Source: an uncultured bacterium (GTDB lineage: Bacteria; Acidobacteriota; HRBIN11; JAKEFK01). Taken from it: a stretch of 64,000 nucleotides of DNA. Within the stretch, counting starts at the first letter, position 1. Every line of letters starts with the position of its first letter. The notes beneath the pieces are model-generated. The model made no database searches. It had not been told where the DNA came from and saw only the letters and a program-made list of their open reading frames with translations. The position numbers were made by a program, and so were the translations under genes. Below are positions 22,001-30,953 of the stretch, in pieces. The DNA lies in assembly GCA_963777505.1 (NCBI GenBank), contig CAVZQN010000004.1, positions 192,001-256,000 of the forward strand. The letters are read 5' to 3'.

Positions 22001-22083
22001 GAATCGATTTTTACTGTTGCTTCGATTCCGGTTCCGATCACCAGAAACAAGATTGCACACATCAAGATTATGAACTTCATCAT
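19006..22083 (-). CDS. VPS10/sortilin-like BNR (Asp-box) repeat protein, annotated as glycosyl hydrolase in relatives
   Basis: RSIGPATMSGR, many SxDxGxTW Asp-boxes, GGLQDNGSW, GTHGRG. Confidence 0.88.
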   Translation of the reverse strand: MMKFIILMCAILFLVIGTGIEATVKIDSYTFGAMEARSIGPATMSGRIMSIDAINKEPRIFYVGTASGGLWKTINGGLTFKPIFDKYTQSIGAVAIDQSKPDTVWVGTGEADTRNSVSVGTGIYKSTDAGESWQLMGLEKSERIAKVVIDPKNSNIIYVAATGNLWNSSEDRGVYKTSDSGKTWEKVLFVNADSGCADLSIDSQDPNILYASMWQFRRKPYFFTSGGPGSGLYKSTDGGKNWRKLAKGLPDGELGRIAIAVAPSKGSVLYANVEAKKTALYRSDDMGETWNRVHTSFNIQARPFYFSHLAVDPVDHNKVYKPGFFLSSSSDGGVSFSSLGQTTHSDHHALWINPNNPFHLLLGTDGGVYVSYDKGNTWRIVRSLPVSQFYHVTADMKNPYNVYGGLQDNGSWMGPSQSINGVENKDWKNVGFGDGFHVWPDASNDDVVYAEFQGGQILRHHKSTNEVKSIKPYAKEGEPDLRFNWNTPIELSPKNPKAIYVGSQFLYRSTTMGESWERISPDLTTNDPQKQKQEDSGGLTIDNSTAENHCTIFTISASPLDENIIWAGTDDGNVQVTQNGGKAWVNVTANIPNLPKNTWVSSIESSSHDPATAFATFDGHQTGDMKAYVYKTADFGKTWNSIATDSIKGYAHIIRQDLVNPDLLFAGTEFGLFLTVDGGQQWAQFTGGLPNVSVRDLMIHPRESDVVIGTHGRGIYIIDDITPMRKLNQQVLESKVAFLETRPAQARFLRFAQDFPGDDEFVGSNTPDAAIITYYLKDRHVFGDLKIEVHDAEGKLISTLPGGKRKGINRVTWFTRLKPPKTAPSPQLAGGALFGPTLPQGTYTVKMIKGDETFSSEVKIVQDSTLPHSEEDRKQQYDTTMKLYRMQEELAYIADSITSLRDQARDRAGKLPKGDEIAKSLNAYADKLDKFHKTLIATKEGFITGEEQLREKVVELYQFVSNYGGKPTASQLENAEKLSKDLQKADATFQTMTGKELESINEKLQNKRLDPLKLSTKEEWLKEQK

Positions 22084-22110
22084 TGAGCCTCCCTGAAGTA
22101 TTTTTATGAC

Positions 22111-22869
22111 TCAGTTGGATGGAGCTGATTGTGTACTTTCGGCTGGCATTTTAAAGAGGGTATCGTCTGCTGGAACTTCAAGTTCAACTTTTTCCCATGT
22201 AATCTGGTTCGCAATTTTATCGCCAATGCGAGCTTCAATTGAATAGGGCACCATTAAACCAGCAACTTCTTTGTAGTCACCTAAGAAGGTATCAACTGTC
22301 AATTCGGTGCCTTCTCTTTTTGTAGTTCTTGTGACTTTTAGATCGAGATAATTTTCAGCATCAATGAAGAAATGTCGTACTTCGCCATTTTTAAGAGTGA
22401 CTTTTAGTCTATAGGCGGGCGTTCCTTCAAGATCTTCTTTGCCAACCAGTTCTACTGTATTTCCTTTTTCTTTGTAGTCTACAAGTGGTCCGTCAAAATC
22501 AGCCTGTTCGATTATCTCTTTGGCATCGTCTTCAGGCATTTTTTGCGGGTCTTTGACTCCCATAAAAGGCATGACCATCCAAGGAGTCTGGCCATCGTAT
22601 GCCTGGATTCCTGTCATTCCTTGTATTGTAAATTCAATCCTGATCTGATTCGGCCTTTTTGAATAAACAACGATTGGACCTTCGAGTCCTTGCTGCATTG
22701 GCAACGTCATTTTGCCGGAAAATTTCATTACTTTTAAAGCCTTTAGTTTTTCAGATCCACCGCGCGCTTCAATGTTTTTGTTTACAATCTCGTCCACGTT
22801 TTGTGCAAAAATCTGAAAATTAAAGATTAAAAGGCAAAGGAAGGTTAAAAGAGAGAGCTTTTTTAGCAC
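22111..22869 (-). CDS. Secreted LolA-like / outer-membrane lipoprotein-sorting-type protein
   Basis: Signal peptide, VDEIVNKNIEARGG, DYKEVAGLMVP; GGAGG RBS; upstream of the VPS10 gene on the same strand. Confidence 0.7.
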   Translation of the reverse strand: MLKKLSLLTFLCLLIFNFQIFAQNVDEIVNKNIEARGGSEKLKALKVMKFSGKMTLPMQQGLEGPIVVYSKRPNQIRIEFTIQGMTGIQAYDGQTPWMVMPFMGVKDPQKMPEDDAKEIIEQADFDGPLVDYKEKGNTVELVGKEDLEGTPAYRLKVTLKNGEVRHFFIDAENYLDLKVTRTTKREGTELTVDTFLGDYKEVAGLMVPYSIEARIGDKIANQITWEKVELEVPADDTLFKMPAESTQSAPSN

Positions 22870-22924
22870 AATTAGTTCCTCCGGAATTTTGATTATTGAA
22901 GTGAATTTAGTACCAGACCTACCT

Positions 22925-22950
22925 TACGCGGCCTTGCCCGAAAAGTTTCA
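22925..22950 (-). promoter_or_regulatory. ECF sigma-type promoter TGAAAC-N16-CGTA
   Basis: Minus strand TGAAAC TTTTCGGGCAAGGCCG CGTA, matching the B. subtilis SigW-type consensus, upstream of 22869. Confidence 0.65.
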
Positions 22951-23224
22951 CCCTATTTTATCACGACAATACCTGAGCGCCTGGAACCGAATTGGGACGC
23001 TCCGAAAGGCCCGATTCAGGCTGTTTCAGTTGTAGGAATCTATCCTTTTTCACGACGAGACTATTAGAATATCACTCAAACCGATTATAATCATAGGTTG
23101 GCGAATCTATGTAGCATACTTGTTCAAGGTAAGTAGTTGAGATAAAGTATGGTTCTGCATGTGGTTGGGGGTATAAGTTTAGGGGGATTTCTCTGTCATT
23201 GAAACTATTAGGAAAAGGTTGCGC

Positions 23225-26200
23225 ATGAGTCATTCTGCGACCCCTAGTATTCTTGTCGTTGAAGACGAAAGTTCGATTGCTATCCTTTTGAAGCAAATGT
23301 TAGAGGGGTTTGGTTACACAGTTTCTGCACTGGTAATGACTGGTCATGATGCGATCAAAATGGCCGGTGAACTTCATCCCGATCTTGTGTTGATGGATAT
23401 CCTTCTTGGCGGTGATTTAGATGGTGTGGGTGCTGCGGAACAGATTCGTGCTAATTATGATATCCCTGTCATTTATATTACCGGTTATGGTGATGAGAAT
23501 ACGATCCAAAGAGCCAAGCAATCGCGGCCTTCAGGATTTCTCCTTAAGCCTGTAAAAGAACGAGAACTTCGCGCTGCAATTGAAATTGCGCTTTTCCGCA
23601 ACAAAGAAAAACCACAAACTAAAGAAGGTCATTGGTCCATTCATGCCCTAAAGAATATGGTCGATCCCGTTATTGTTACAGATGATCGCGGCCATGTCGC
23701 TTTCATGAATTTACCTGCCGAAAATGTGACTGGATGGGCACTCAATGATGCGAAAGGACAACCTCTTACAGAAGTTTTCAATGTGAAAAAAGAGGCAACT
23801 GCGAATCTTACAGATAGTTCAGTTACAGCAGCCTTCCGCGATCAAGCCGTTCTTGTAAGTCGAGGCAAAGAAAAGTTGCCTATCGATTACAGCGTAGGCA
23901 TGATCCGTGATGATGGAGGTAAGTCCTCAGGATTTATTGTAACGTTCCGCGATATTACCCAACGCCAGCGGATGGAGGAAGTTCTTCGTGAGTCCCGCCG
24001 AAAATATAAGGAACTTGTGAATTCAATTGAAGGTGTTGTTTGGGAAGCTGACGGGGAATCGCATCGATTCTTTTTCGTAAGCAAACAAGCTCAAAGAATG
24101 TTCGGTTATCAATTGGCAGATTGGATCAATGATCCCGAGTTCTGGAAGAGTCATGTTGATCCCGCAGATAGAGATTGGGCAATTAGCTATTCACAGCGTT
24201 CGACACACAAAAAGAAAGACTTTTTGATGGAATATCGGATGTTGGATCGAGACGGCCATACAGTCTGGGTCCGCGATATCGTAAATGTCATTGCGGAAGA
24301 AGGTTATCCCGTAAAACTTCGCGGTGTGATGATCGACATCACAAAATTGAAACACGCTGAAGAAGCTTTAAGGCGAGCTCATGATGATTTAGAAAAGCGG
24401 GTTCAAGAAAGAACAGCAGAATTATCGGAAGCTGTTTCCAAGCTTCGAACCGAGATTGAAGAACGGCAACGGGTGGAAGCTGCGTTGCTGGAAAGCGAAC
24501 AGAAATACCGAACCCTCGTTGAAGGTATGAGCGAAGGGATGGTGCAGGTAAATTCCAGAAATATCGTTGAATTTGTAAACGACCGTTTTTGCGAACTAAC
24601 AGGTTTATCTCGCAGCGAAGTTCTTGGTTATGACGTCACTGATGTTTTGTTCAGATACATGCCAACAAAAGATGATCATGGACCTGCATTCCAGGCTCTT
24701 TCTGTTGTGCAGGAATTGCCATTACGAACAAAATCAGGTCACACAGTGTGGGTGCGCATCAGCGGTGCGCCGATGGTAGATTCTCGCGGAGAGATTATCG
24801 GCTCAATCGGCATTATTACCGACATAACAGTAAGACGACAGGCTGAAGAAGCATTGCGTGAAAGTGAAGAACGTTATGCGCTTGCCGCGCGTGGTGCCAA
24901 TGATGGATTATGGGATTGGAATCTTAAAACGAATGAAGTTTATTATTCGCCACGCTGGAAGGAAATGCTTGGATGGGATGAGCCCTCCATTAGCAACAGT
25001 CCTGATGAATGGTTTCGCCGAATTAATACCGATGACGTCGATCGTGTAAAGACAGGATTGGCTACCCATCTTGAAGGTCTGACTCCACATTTCGAAAATG
25101 AACATCGAATGTTGCATCGCGATGGAACATACCGTTGGATGTTAACACGCGGTGTGGCTGTGCGTGATTCCAGCAATAAAGCATCACGTCTTGCTGGATC
25201 CCAAACCGATATAACAGAACGAAAGCTTGCAGAAGAACAACTTTTGCATGACGCATTCCATGACGCTCTTACAAATCTATCAAATCGCGCGTTGTTCATG
25301 GATCGTCTTGCGGGAGCTGTTGCTCGTGCGCGACGCCGCGAAGATTATTGGTTTGCGGTGTTATTCCTTGATATTGATCGCTTCAAGGTTGTGAACGACA
25401 GTCTTGGTCACATCGTTGGAGATCTGCTGCTGATTGCAATTGCCCGCCGTTTAGAAATCTGTTTACGTCCAGGTGACACTGTCGCGCGGCTTGGTGGTGA
25501 TGAATTTGCAATCTTGCTTGAAGATATTTCTGATGTCAGTGATTCAATTCGCGTGGCAGAAAGAATTCAAAAAGAATTGCAATACGCATTTAATTTGAGT
25601 GGTTATGAAGTTTTTGCAACTGCGAGTATCGGAATTGCGCCAGGCTCCTCGGCGTACGAGCGAGCTGAAGACATTTTGCGAGATGCCGATACTGCAATGT
25701 ATCGCGCAAAAGCTTTAGGACGCGCGCGTCATCAGGTTTTTGACAAAGCAATGCATGCACGTGCAGTGGCTCTTCTACAGCTTGAAACAGATTTGCGTCG
25801 TGCAGTTGAACGAAATGAATTCCGTCTTTTTTATCAACCTATCGTTTCCTTTCAAACCGGACAAATGTATGGCTTTGAAGCTTTAATTCGGTGGATTCAT
25901 CCTGAAAAGAACATCGTTTCACCTGCCGAGTTTATTCCGGTTGCAGAAGAAACAGGTTTGATTATCCCGATCGGCCGGTGGGTTTTAAGAGAAGCTTGCA
26001 GGCAGATGAAGGATTGGCAGTCGACGTATCCAGATTTACCGCCTCTTACAATCAGCGTAAATCTTTCTGGAAAGCAGCTCTCTCAACCTGATTTAATTCA
26101 TGACATCAAAACAATTCTGAGTGAAACGGATCTGGATCCCTCTTTCCTGGAATTGGAAATCACAGAAAGCGTGATCATGGAAAATGCTGAACATGCCGCT

Positions 26201-26611
26201 GACATGCTTTCTCAACTTCGGGATCTTCGCGTTCAGATTAACGTCGATGATTTTGGAACCGGATATTCATCCTTGAGTTACCTGCATCGCTTCCCTGTAA
26301 ATAATTTGAAAATTGATCAATCATTCGTTTCACGAATTGGAATTGATGAAGAGAATTCTGAAATTATCGGAACGATTCTGACACTGGCCCGCAATTTAGG
26401 TATGGATGTAATTGCAGAAGGTGTTGAAACGAAGGAGCAACTGGTTCATCTGCAGGATCTTGGATGCGAACAAGGACAGGGTTACTATTTCTCAGTGCCT
26501 GTAGATCATCAAGGTGCATCATTGTTGATTGAAAATATGGGAAGTATTCTCGCACCGGGACCCCTGACTGTTCCTGCCGGCCGCCGCGTTCGCGCAGTTA
26601 AGAAGAAATAA
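23225..26611 (+). CDS. REC-multi-PAS-GGDEF-EAL diguanylate cyclase/phosphodiesterase
   Basis: Receiver (VVED, LMD, KP), about four PAS/PAC units, RPGD I-site, GGDEF, EAL, DDFGTGYSS. Confidence 0.95.
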   Translation: MSHSATPSILVVEDESSIAILLKQMLEGFGYTVSALVMTGHDAIKMAGELHPDLVLMDILLGGDLDGVGAAEQIRANYDIPVIYITGYGDENTIQRAKQSRPSGFLLKPVKERELRAAIEIALFRNKEKPQTKEGHWSIHALKNMVDPVIVTDDRGHVAFMNLPAENVTGWALNDAKGQPLTEVFNVKKEATANLTDSSVTAAFRDQAVLVSRGKEKLPIDYSVGMIRDDGGKSSGFIVTFRDITQRQRMEEVLRESRRKYKELVNSIEGVVWEADGESHRFFFVSKQAQRMFGYQLADWINDPEFWKSHVDPADRDWAISYSQRSTHKKKDFLMEYRMLDRDGHTVWVRDIVNVIAEEGYPVKLRGVMIDITKLKHAEEALRRAHDDLEKRVQERTAELSEAVSKLRTEIEERQRVEAALLESEQKYRTLVEGMSEGMVQVNSRNIVEFVNDRFCELTGLSRSEVLGYDVTDVLFRYMPTKDDHGPAFQALSVVQELPLRTKSGHTVWVRISGAPMVDSRGEIIGSIGIITDITVRRQAEEALRESEERYALAARGANDGLWDWNLKTNEVYYSPRWKEMLGWDEPSISNSPDEWFRRINTDDVDRVKTGLATHLEGLTPHFENEHRMLHRDGTYRWMLTRGVAVRDSSNKASRLAGSQTDITERKLAEEQLLHDAFHDALTNLSNRALFMDRLAGAVARARRREDYWFAVLFLDIDRFKVVNDSLGHIVGDLLLIAIARRLEICLRPGDTVARLGGDEFAILLEDISDVSDSIRVAERIQKELQYAFNLSGYEVFATASIGIAPGSSAYERAEDILRDADTAMYRAKALGRARHQVFDKAMHARAVALLQLETDLRRAVERNEFRLFYQPIVSFQTGQMYGFEALIRWIHPEKNIVSPAEFIPVAEETGLIIPIGRWVLREACRQMKDWQSTYPDLPPLTISVNLSGKQLSQPDLIHDIKTILSETDLDPSFLELEITESVIMENAEHAADMLSQLRDLRVQINVDDFGTGYSSLSYLHRFPVNNLKIDQSFVSRIGIDEENSEIIGTILTLARNLGMDVIAEGVETKEQLVHLQDLGCEQGQGYYFSVPVDHQGASLLIENMGSILAPGPLTVPAGRRVRAVKKK

Positions 26612-26614
26612 ATT

Positions 26615-27616
26615 CTACTGAATTTCCTTTTTACGATCGTAAAGTACCTGAACTAACTTTCCACCTGCCCATGCATACAACGAAGAGCCATCAGTGGCGA
26701 TTGCTGTCACTGGAAAATCGCTCACACGGATCCAATGCCATGCTAGCTCTGAGCGAACAATCAACGAACCATCAAGCGTTCCAAACCATGGTTCATTGCG
26801 ATAGAGAATCGCTGCATTGATCGAATTCAGATTTAGATTCTGACGCGCAAACCGGATCCGTTTCCAGCCACCCTCCTGAATGTGAAGAATGCCATCTTGT
26901 TCGGTCGCTGCGAATATTCCTTCGCCAGAACTAACAATGCTTGAAAATATTCCTTTCCTGGGCATATACGCAGCGGGAATAAATGACCGGCTTCTTTGAA
27001 ATCCATTCTTTTTCAAAATTTCCAATCCATTCGATGTTGTTAAAAGGAGTCCGCTTTCGTGAGTCGCAACTGAAGAGATGTACTGCGAAGCTCCTGTAGA
27101 GCGTGCATACTGATCTTGCGTTGAGGTTACAAACAAACCTTCAGTTGTGCCGAAGAAGACAGAATCTTCATCTTCAGTTCCTGAAATCGGAACAACGCCT
27201 TTTGGAAAGTAAACGTTTCTTCGAATTTCTGTTCCTTCATAAAGTGAAGCCTTTTGGGATGTCAGTACCCAGACTCCTTTACGTCCGGCGAATAATCCAT
27301 ACACTGTCTCAGGAAAAATCATATTCGTTAATTCATTCGTGCTAACCGAGTAGATGTACGGGCCACCTTCGGCGGAAGTCAGCCACAAGTTGCCATCAGA
27401 ATCAAATGCCATATTTGTAATCAGGTCCGGCAATTGCAGGCCTGTTTCCAAAAGAGCTGCCGGCGCCCGGAAGATGCGTGTGAATGGGGCTGTTTGGGTC
27501 GAAGCACCTGGCGCCGGCGAGGAAGCTGAGATCCGGAGAATTGATGGGCGTTGAATCGCGGCCACAAGTAAGACCGGAGCCGCAATTAAGATGACTACAA
27601 ATAATGCTTTCCGCAT
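26615..27616 (-). CDS. Secreted hypothetical beta-propeller protein
   Basis: Signal peptide MRKALFVVILIAAP; FDSDGNLW, FGTTEGL, WFGTLDG repeats. Confidence 0.65.
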   Translation of the reverse strand: MRKALFVVILIAAPVLLVAAIQRPSILRISASSPAPGASTQTAPFTRIFRAPAALLETGLQLPDLITNMAFDSDGNLWLTSAEGGPYIYSVSTNELTNMIFPETVYGLFAGRKGVWVLTSQKASLYEGTEIRRNVYFPKGVVPISGTEDEDSVFFGTTEGLFVTSTQDQYARSTGASQYISSVATHESGLLLTTSNGLEILKKNGFQRSRSFIPAAYMPRKGIFSSIVSSGEGIFAATEQDGILHIQEGGWKRIRFARQNLNLNSINAAILYRNEPWFGTLDGSLIVRSELAWHWIRVSDFPVTAIATDGSSLYAWAGGKLVQVLYDRKKEIQ

Positions 27617-27629
27617 ACACTCTTGTCGA

Positions 27630-27645
27630 TGCAATAAGCATGCCG
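27630..27645 (-). promoter_or_regulatory. Putative sigma54 (-24/-12) promoter
   Basis: Minus strand CGGCATGCTTATTGCA (GG-N10-GC) just upstream of ATG at 27616. Confidence 0.45.
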
Positions 27646-27653
27646 CTAGATTT

Positions 27654-27755
27654 GTAGTAAGGCACGCTGCTGAGCGTAGGCGAAGCAGTGCCGTAAAGAC
27701 AATTCAACGGCACTGTTCGGCCGCATGAATGCGACCGAACTGCGTGCCTATCTAC
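27654..27755. repeat. GTAG...CTAC-bounded multi-hairpin REP-like element
   Basis: AGGCACGC/GCGTGCCT outer stem, CAGTGCCGT/ACGGCACTG and GTTCGGCCGCAT/ATGCGACCGAAC inner stems. Confidence 0.6.
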
Positions 27756-27805
27756 GAACACAAGTTGCGTCTATCTATACACAGATCTAAACTGTGGAAG
27801 TTAAT

Positions 27806-28603
27806 ATGAATTCAATTCTTTCGAAGTTTTGGGAACGGTATTCGCTTGATGAGTTAGAGCCTGATTTTGCGAACTTAAGCCGGATCGCTGGCGCGTTTTC
27901 AAATCTTCCTTATGAAAACGTCACAAAAATATTGAAAGATGCCAGAAGTACATCTGTCGGTCAAAAGCTTCGTAGAACCGAAGAAGTTCTTCAGGATCAT
28001 TTGCGTTGGAACACAGGAGGAACCTGCTTCTCATTGTGTAATGCACTGGCTTCTATTCTTGAAAATTGTGGCTTTCAGGCGTTTATAGCGATGGCAGATA
28101 TGCATTATGGTCCGAATATCCATTGCGCTGTTATTGTTTCTCTGAATGAAAAACGGTATCTGATGGATCCAGGCTATTTGTTACATGAGCCAATTATTTT
28201 GCCAGACGTAGCAATGGAAGTTGAACGAAAAACTCCAATGAACACTGTGTTTATTCGTCACGAAGATATCAACACATTTTCTTTGTATACGTTAGAATCG
28301 GGACAACTCAAGTGGCGTTATCGCTTACATACAATTCCTGTAAGCGCGAAAGAATTTGAAGGTCATTGGATTCATTCTTTTTCACTTAACAGTATGGAGC
28401 ATGTAACATTGTCCCGGCTTGATCAGAACGGACGCCTTTATTTCCGCAAAAATCGTTTGGAAAAAGTAAATGAGCTGCAAAGAATTCAATCGCCGTTTCG
28501 CGACTCAGAGACCGGTGAGTTATCCAAAATTTTTGGAATGCCTTCAGATTTGATTCTAAACGCTCGCAAGATTTTACTGGCGCGCCCTCGCCTGCAAGCT
28601 TGA
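27806..28603 (+). CDS. Arylamine N-acetyltransferase family protein
   Basis: LPYEN, GGTCFSLC (Cys), IHC (His), YLMDPGY (Asp) catalytic triad pattern. Confidence 0.82.
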   Translation: MNSILSKFWERYSLDELEPDFANLSRIAGAFSNLPYENVTKILKDARSTSVGQKLRRTEEVLQDHLRWNTGGTCFSLCNALASILENCGFQAFIAMADMHYGPNIHCAVIVSLNEKRYLMDPGYLLHEPIILPDVAMEVERKTPMNTVFIRHEDINTFSLYTLESGQLKWRYRLHTIPVSAKEFEGHWIHSFSLNSMEHVTLSRLDQNGRLYFRKNRLEKVNELQRIQSPFRDSETGELSKIFGMPSDLILNARKILLARPRLQA

Positions 28604-28607
28604 ACTC

Positions 28608-29141
28608 ATGGCAGCAATTGAATCAGTTGCTCCAGTCAAGCTGTTTGTTGTTACCCTTCACAATGAAATAGAAATTCTGGAGAATTCCGCAGTTGATCTT
28701 TACGAACACTTTGGTAAGAGTGATTTGATCAGCGAAGATTTTGCGTTTGATGTTACCGGCTATTACGAAAATGAAATGGGATCAAACCTTTTTCGCCGGT
28801 TTTATTCATTTGAAAAATTGATTTCCCCCGAACAGATTTCAGAAGTTAAGCTTTTAACCAACAGTATTGAAGAAAAATATCGAAACGAAAAAGGGAGACG
28901 GATAAATCTGGATCCAGGATACCTGGATACATACAAAGTTGTTCTTGCATCCGCTAAATTTGGTGGACAAAAAATCTATCTGGGGAGCGGAATCTATGCA
29001 GATATGACTCTGGTAATGTATAAAGGGCAATGGGAACCGTTTGCGTGGGGATTTCCAGATTTTAAGTCGCGCAGATATGATCCGACCCTTTCAAAAATTC
29101 GGGACCTTTACAAAGCCCAGATGAAAAATCGCTCAATTTAA
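28608..29141 (+). CDS. DUF4416 family protein
   Basis: YYENEMG, RRINLDPGY, VVLASAK, IYLGSGIYAD, FPDF. Confidence 0.85.
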   Translation: MAAIESVAPVKLFVVTLHNEIEILENSAVDLYEHFGKSDLISEDFAFDVTGYYENEMGSNLFRRFYSFEKLISPEQISEVKLLTNSIEEKYRNEKGRRINLDPGYLDTYKVVLASAKFGGQKIYLGSGIYADMTLVMYKGQWEPFAWGFPDFKSRRYDPTLSKIRDLYKAQMKNRSI

Positions 29142-29302
29142 GTTAAGCGGGGCCTCAGCAAGGAATAGACTGCGTAAAGAACGACTCCGATAAACGCGAT
29201 CCACAAGGCAAATCCAAACAGCTTAAAAAACAAAAATTTGATAATTCCCAGTGCAACCATAAATCCCAGCACCAGAATTATGAGCCTGAATAGAAATTTC
29301 AT
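29138..29302 (-). CDS. 54-aa small membrane protein (not in ORF track)
   Basis: MKFLFRLIILVLGFMVALGIIKFLFFKLFGFALWIAFIGVVLYAVYSLLRPRLT*; GAGG RBS; two hydrophobic helices. Confidence 0.7.
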   Translation of the reverse strand: MKFLFRLIILVLGFMVALGIIKFLFFKLFGFALWIAFIGVVLYAVYSLLRPRLT

Positions 29303-29327
29303 TGGTGAACCTCGCATAATATATATA

Positions 29328-29353
29328 AACGAATCAGCATCCTAAAAGTTTCA
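29328..29353 (-). promoter_or_regulatory. ECF sigma-type promoter TGAAAC-N16-CGTT
   Basis: Minus strand TGAAAC TTTTAGGATGCTGATT CGTT, overlapping the anti-sigma stop codon; same layout as 22925-22950. Confidence 0.6.
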
Positions 29354-30346
29354 AAGAGGCTTTGAGTCTTTGCGGTTTTCCGTTAACTGCATAATGGCGT
29401 GATATAACCGCTTCACATCAGGCGCGTCAGGAGCTTCATGGTATAGCGTGGTTATTTCAAGGCGTGCGCGGTCATAATGGCGTGTTTTCAATGCCATATT
29501 AACAAGAAACATACAGCGTTCGTACGAATGTGGACGAATGCTTTCAGAAAGACTGCATAGTTCAAATGCTTTTTTCGGCTGATTCAATTTGTAGTAACTG
29601 TAGGCCAGCAAATACAACGCAGCCGAATGATGCGGATGATCATGTCTGATTTTTTCAAGGTGATGTTTCGCATCATTAAAGCGATGTGTGCGAAACGCTT
29701 CCAGTGCTTGATCGAACAAAGGTTGTAAATCTTCTTTTAGAGGTTCGGAGCTCTCCAAAAGAGATGCGTAATTGATTTGTTCCGGTTCTTGAATCACAGC
29801 TAACGCCCTGAGCTCATCTTCAGCAACTCTTCCTGCAGATTTCTGCCAGAAAAGGAAAGCAGAAGCTGCAAGAACTAACGCAGCTGCTACTGCCATGAAT
29901 GATTGAATCCAGGAAGGCGAAAATTTCGGTCGATGCTCTTCTCGTTTTTCCAAATCTTTCAGCCAATTGAATTCCTCAGTACACATTTCACATTGGGAGA
30001 GATGCGTTTCAATTCTTTGAACTTGTAAAATTGAAAGAGACTGCCTTTCGAAAAGATAGCAATCCAAAAGTTCACTTGAAGGACATTCGGCGGCCGGAAC
30101 TGAATCATCCAGCCGGATCAATGTAACGTTTTGGAACTCTTTTAATGCTTTGCTGCACTGCGCGCATTGAGCAAGATGATCCTCAAACTTTTTGTGTGTC
30201 GATTCGTCCAGTTCCGATTCAGAGTATGAGGCAAAGAACAAAGCCCTGGCGTTTTCGGCGTTTTCATGTGGATACTGTTCTTTGTAAAAGGCTGAATCCA
30301 CGCATACTTTTGTTAAAACGGTCAATTTCTCACTCTTTTTTCTCAT
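29351..30346 (-). CDS. Anti-sigma factor with two zf-HC2 (ZAS) motifs, one TM helix and C-terminal TPR
   Basis: HLAQCAQC and HLSQCEMC; TM AVAAALVLAASAFLFW; ALYLLAYSYY TPR; directly downstream of an ECF sigma. Confidence 0.8.
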   Translation of the reverse strand: MRKKSEKLTVLTKVCVDSAFYKEQYPHENAENARALFFASYSESELDESTHKKFEDHLAQCAQCSKALKEFQNVTLIRLDDSVPAAECPSSELLDCYLFERQSLSILQVQRIETHLSQCEMCTEEFNWLKDLEKREEHRPKFSPSWIQSFMAVAAALVLAASAFLFWQKSAGRVAEDELRALAVIQEPEQINYASLLESSEPLKEDLQPLFDQALEAFRTHRFNDAKHHLEKIRHDHPHHSAALYLLAYSYYKLNQPKKAFELCSLSESIRPHSYERCMFLVNMALKTRHYDRARLEITTLYHEAPDAPDVKRLYHAIMQLTENRKDSKPL

Positions 30347-30356
30347 TTAGTTGCCA

Positions 30357-30941
30357 TTAAAGGTCAAAATCTTCTGTAAAACCCCGCTGCTTCATCAGAG
30401 ATGAAAGCAGCTTTTTCCCTTTATGAATTCGGGACGAAACCGTGTTAATAGGAAGATTGAGTTCTTTCGCAATTTCATCGTAGCTTTTGTCTTGAAGTAC
30501 TCTTAATTCAAGTGTGCTTCTATAAGCTTCAGGAAGAAGTCCAAGCAAGTTTTGTATAATTTCTCTTCCTTCTTTTACCGAGAAACTGTAATCCGGAGCT
30601 GCTTTTTCATCTCCAGGTATTTCCGTATCTTCCAGGATTTTTCTATATATTTTCCCGCGTTTCAGTGTATTTTCGCGTCTGTATTTTTGAAAGACTGTCA
30701 CACGTGCCACGCGGTAAACATACGTACTGAGCCTGGATTTTCCCTGAAAAGAACTACCTCCAGAAATTAACTGCAAATAAATTTCGTGCAACATTTCTTC
30801 GCGGTCTTCGGGGTTTGATAAAGCTCGTCTGAGCAATGCTTGAATGGGGCGTGACTCTTTTAAATATTTAACAAATAGTTCTTCTGCTGCAATGCGGTCA
30901 CCTTCGCGGGCGCGTTTAAAAAGGTCTATCTCGTAATTCAC
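30357..30941 (-). CDS. ECF RNA polymerase sigma factor
   Basis: FQGKSRLSTYVYRVA (region 2), SYDEIAKELNLPINTVSSRIHKG (region 4). Confidence 0.92.
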   Translation of the reverse strand: MNYEIDLFKRAREGDRIAAEELFVKYLKESRPIQALLRRALSNPEDREEMLHEIYLQLISGGSSFQGKSRLSTYVYRVARVTVFQKYRRENTLKRGKIYRKILEDTEIPGDEKAAPDYSFSVKEGREIIQNLLGLLPEAYRSTLELRVLQDKSYDEIAKELNLPINTVSSRIHKGKKLLSSLMKQRGFTEDFDL

Positions 30942-30953
30942 AGGTGAATGTTA

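Noticed and set aside
22970-23030. Possible c-di-GMP-I riboswitch upstream of the GGDEF-EAL gene (GGGACGC, GAAA hairpin)
   Set aside because: Lacks the GCAAAC..GAAA..GACGCAAAG order and second stem; only a generic hairpin.
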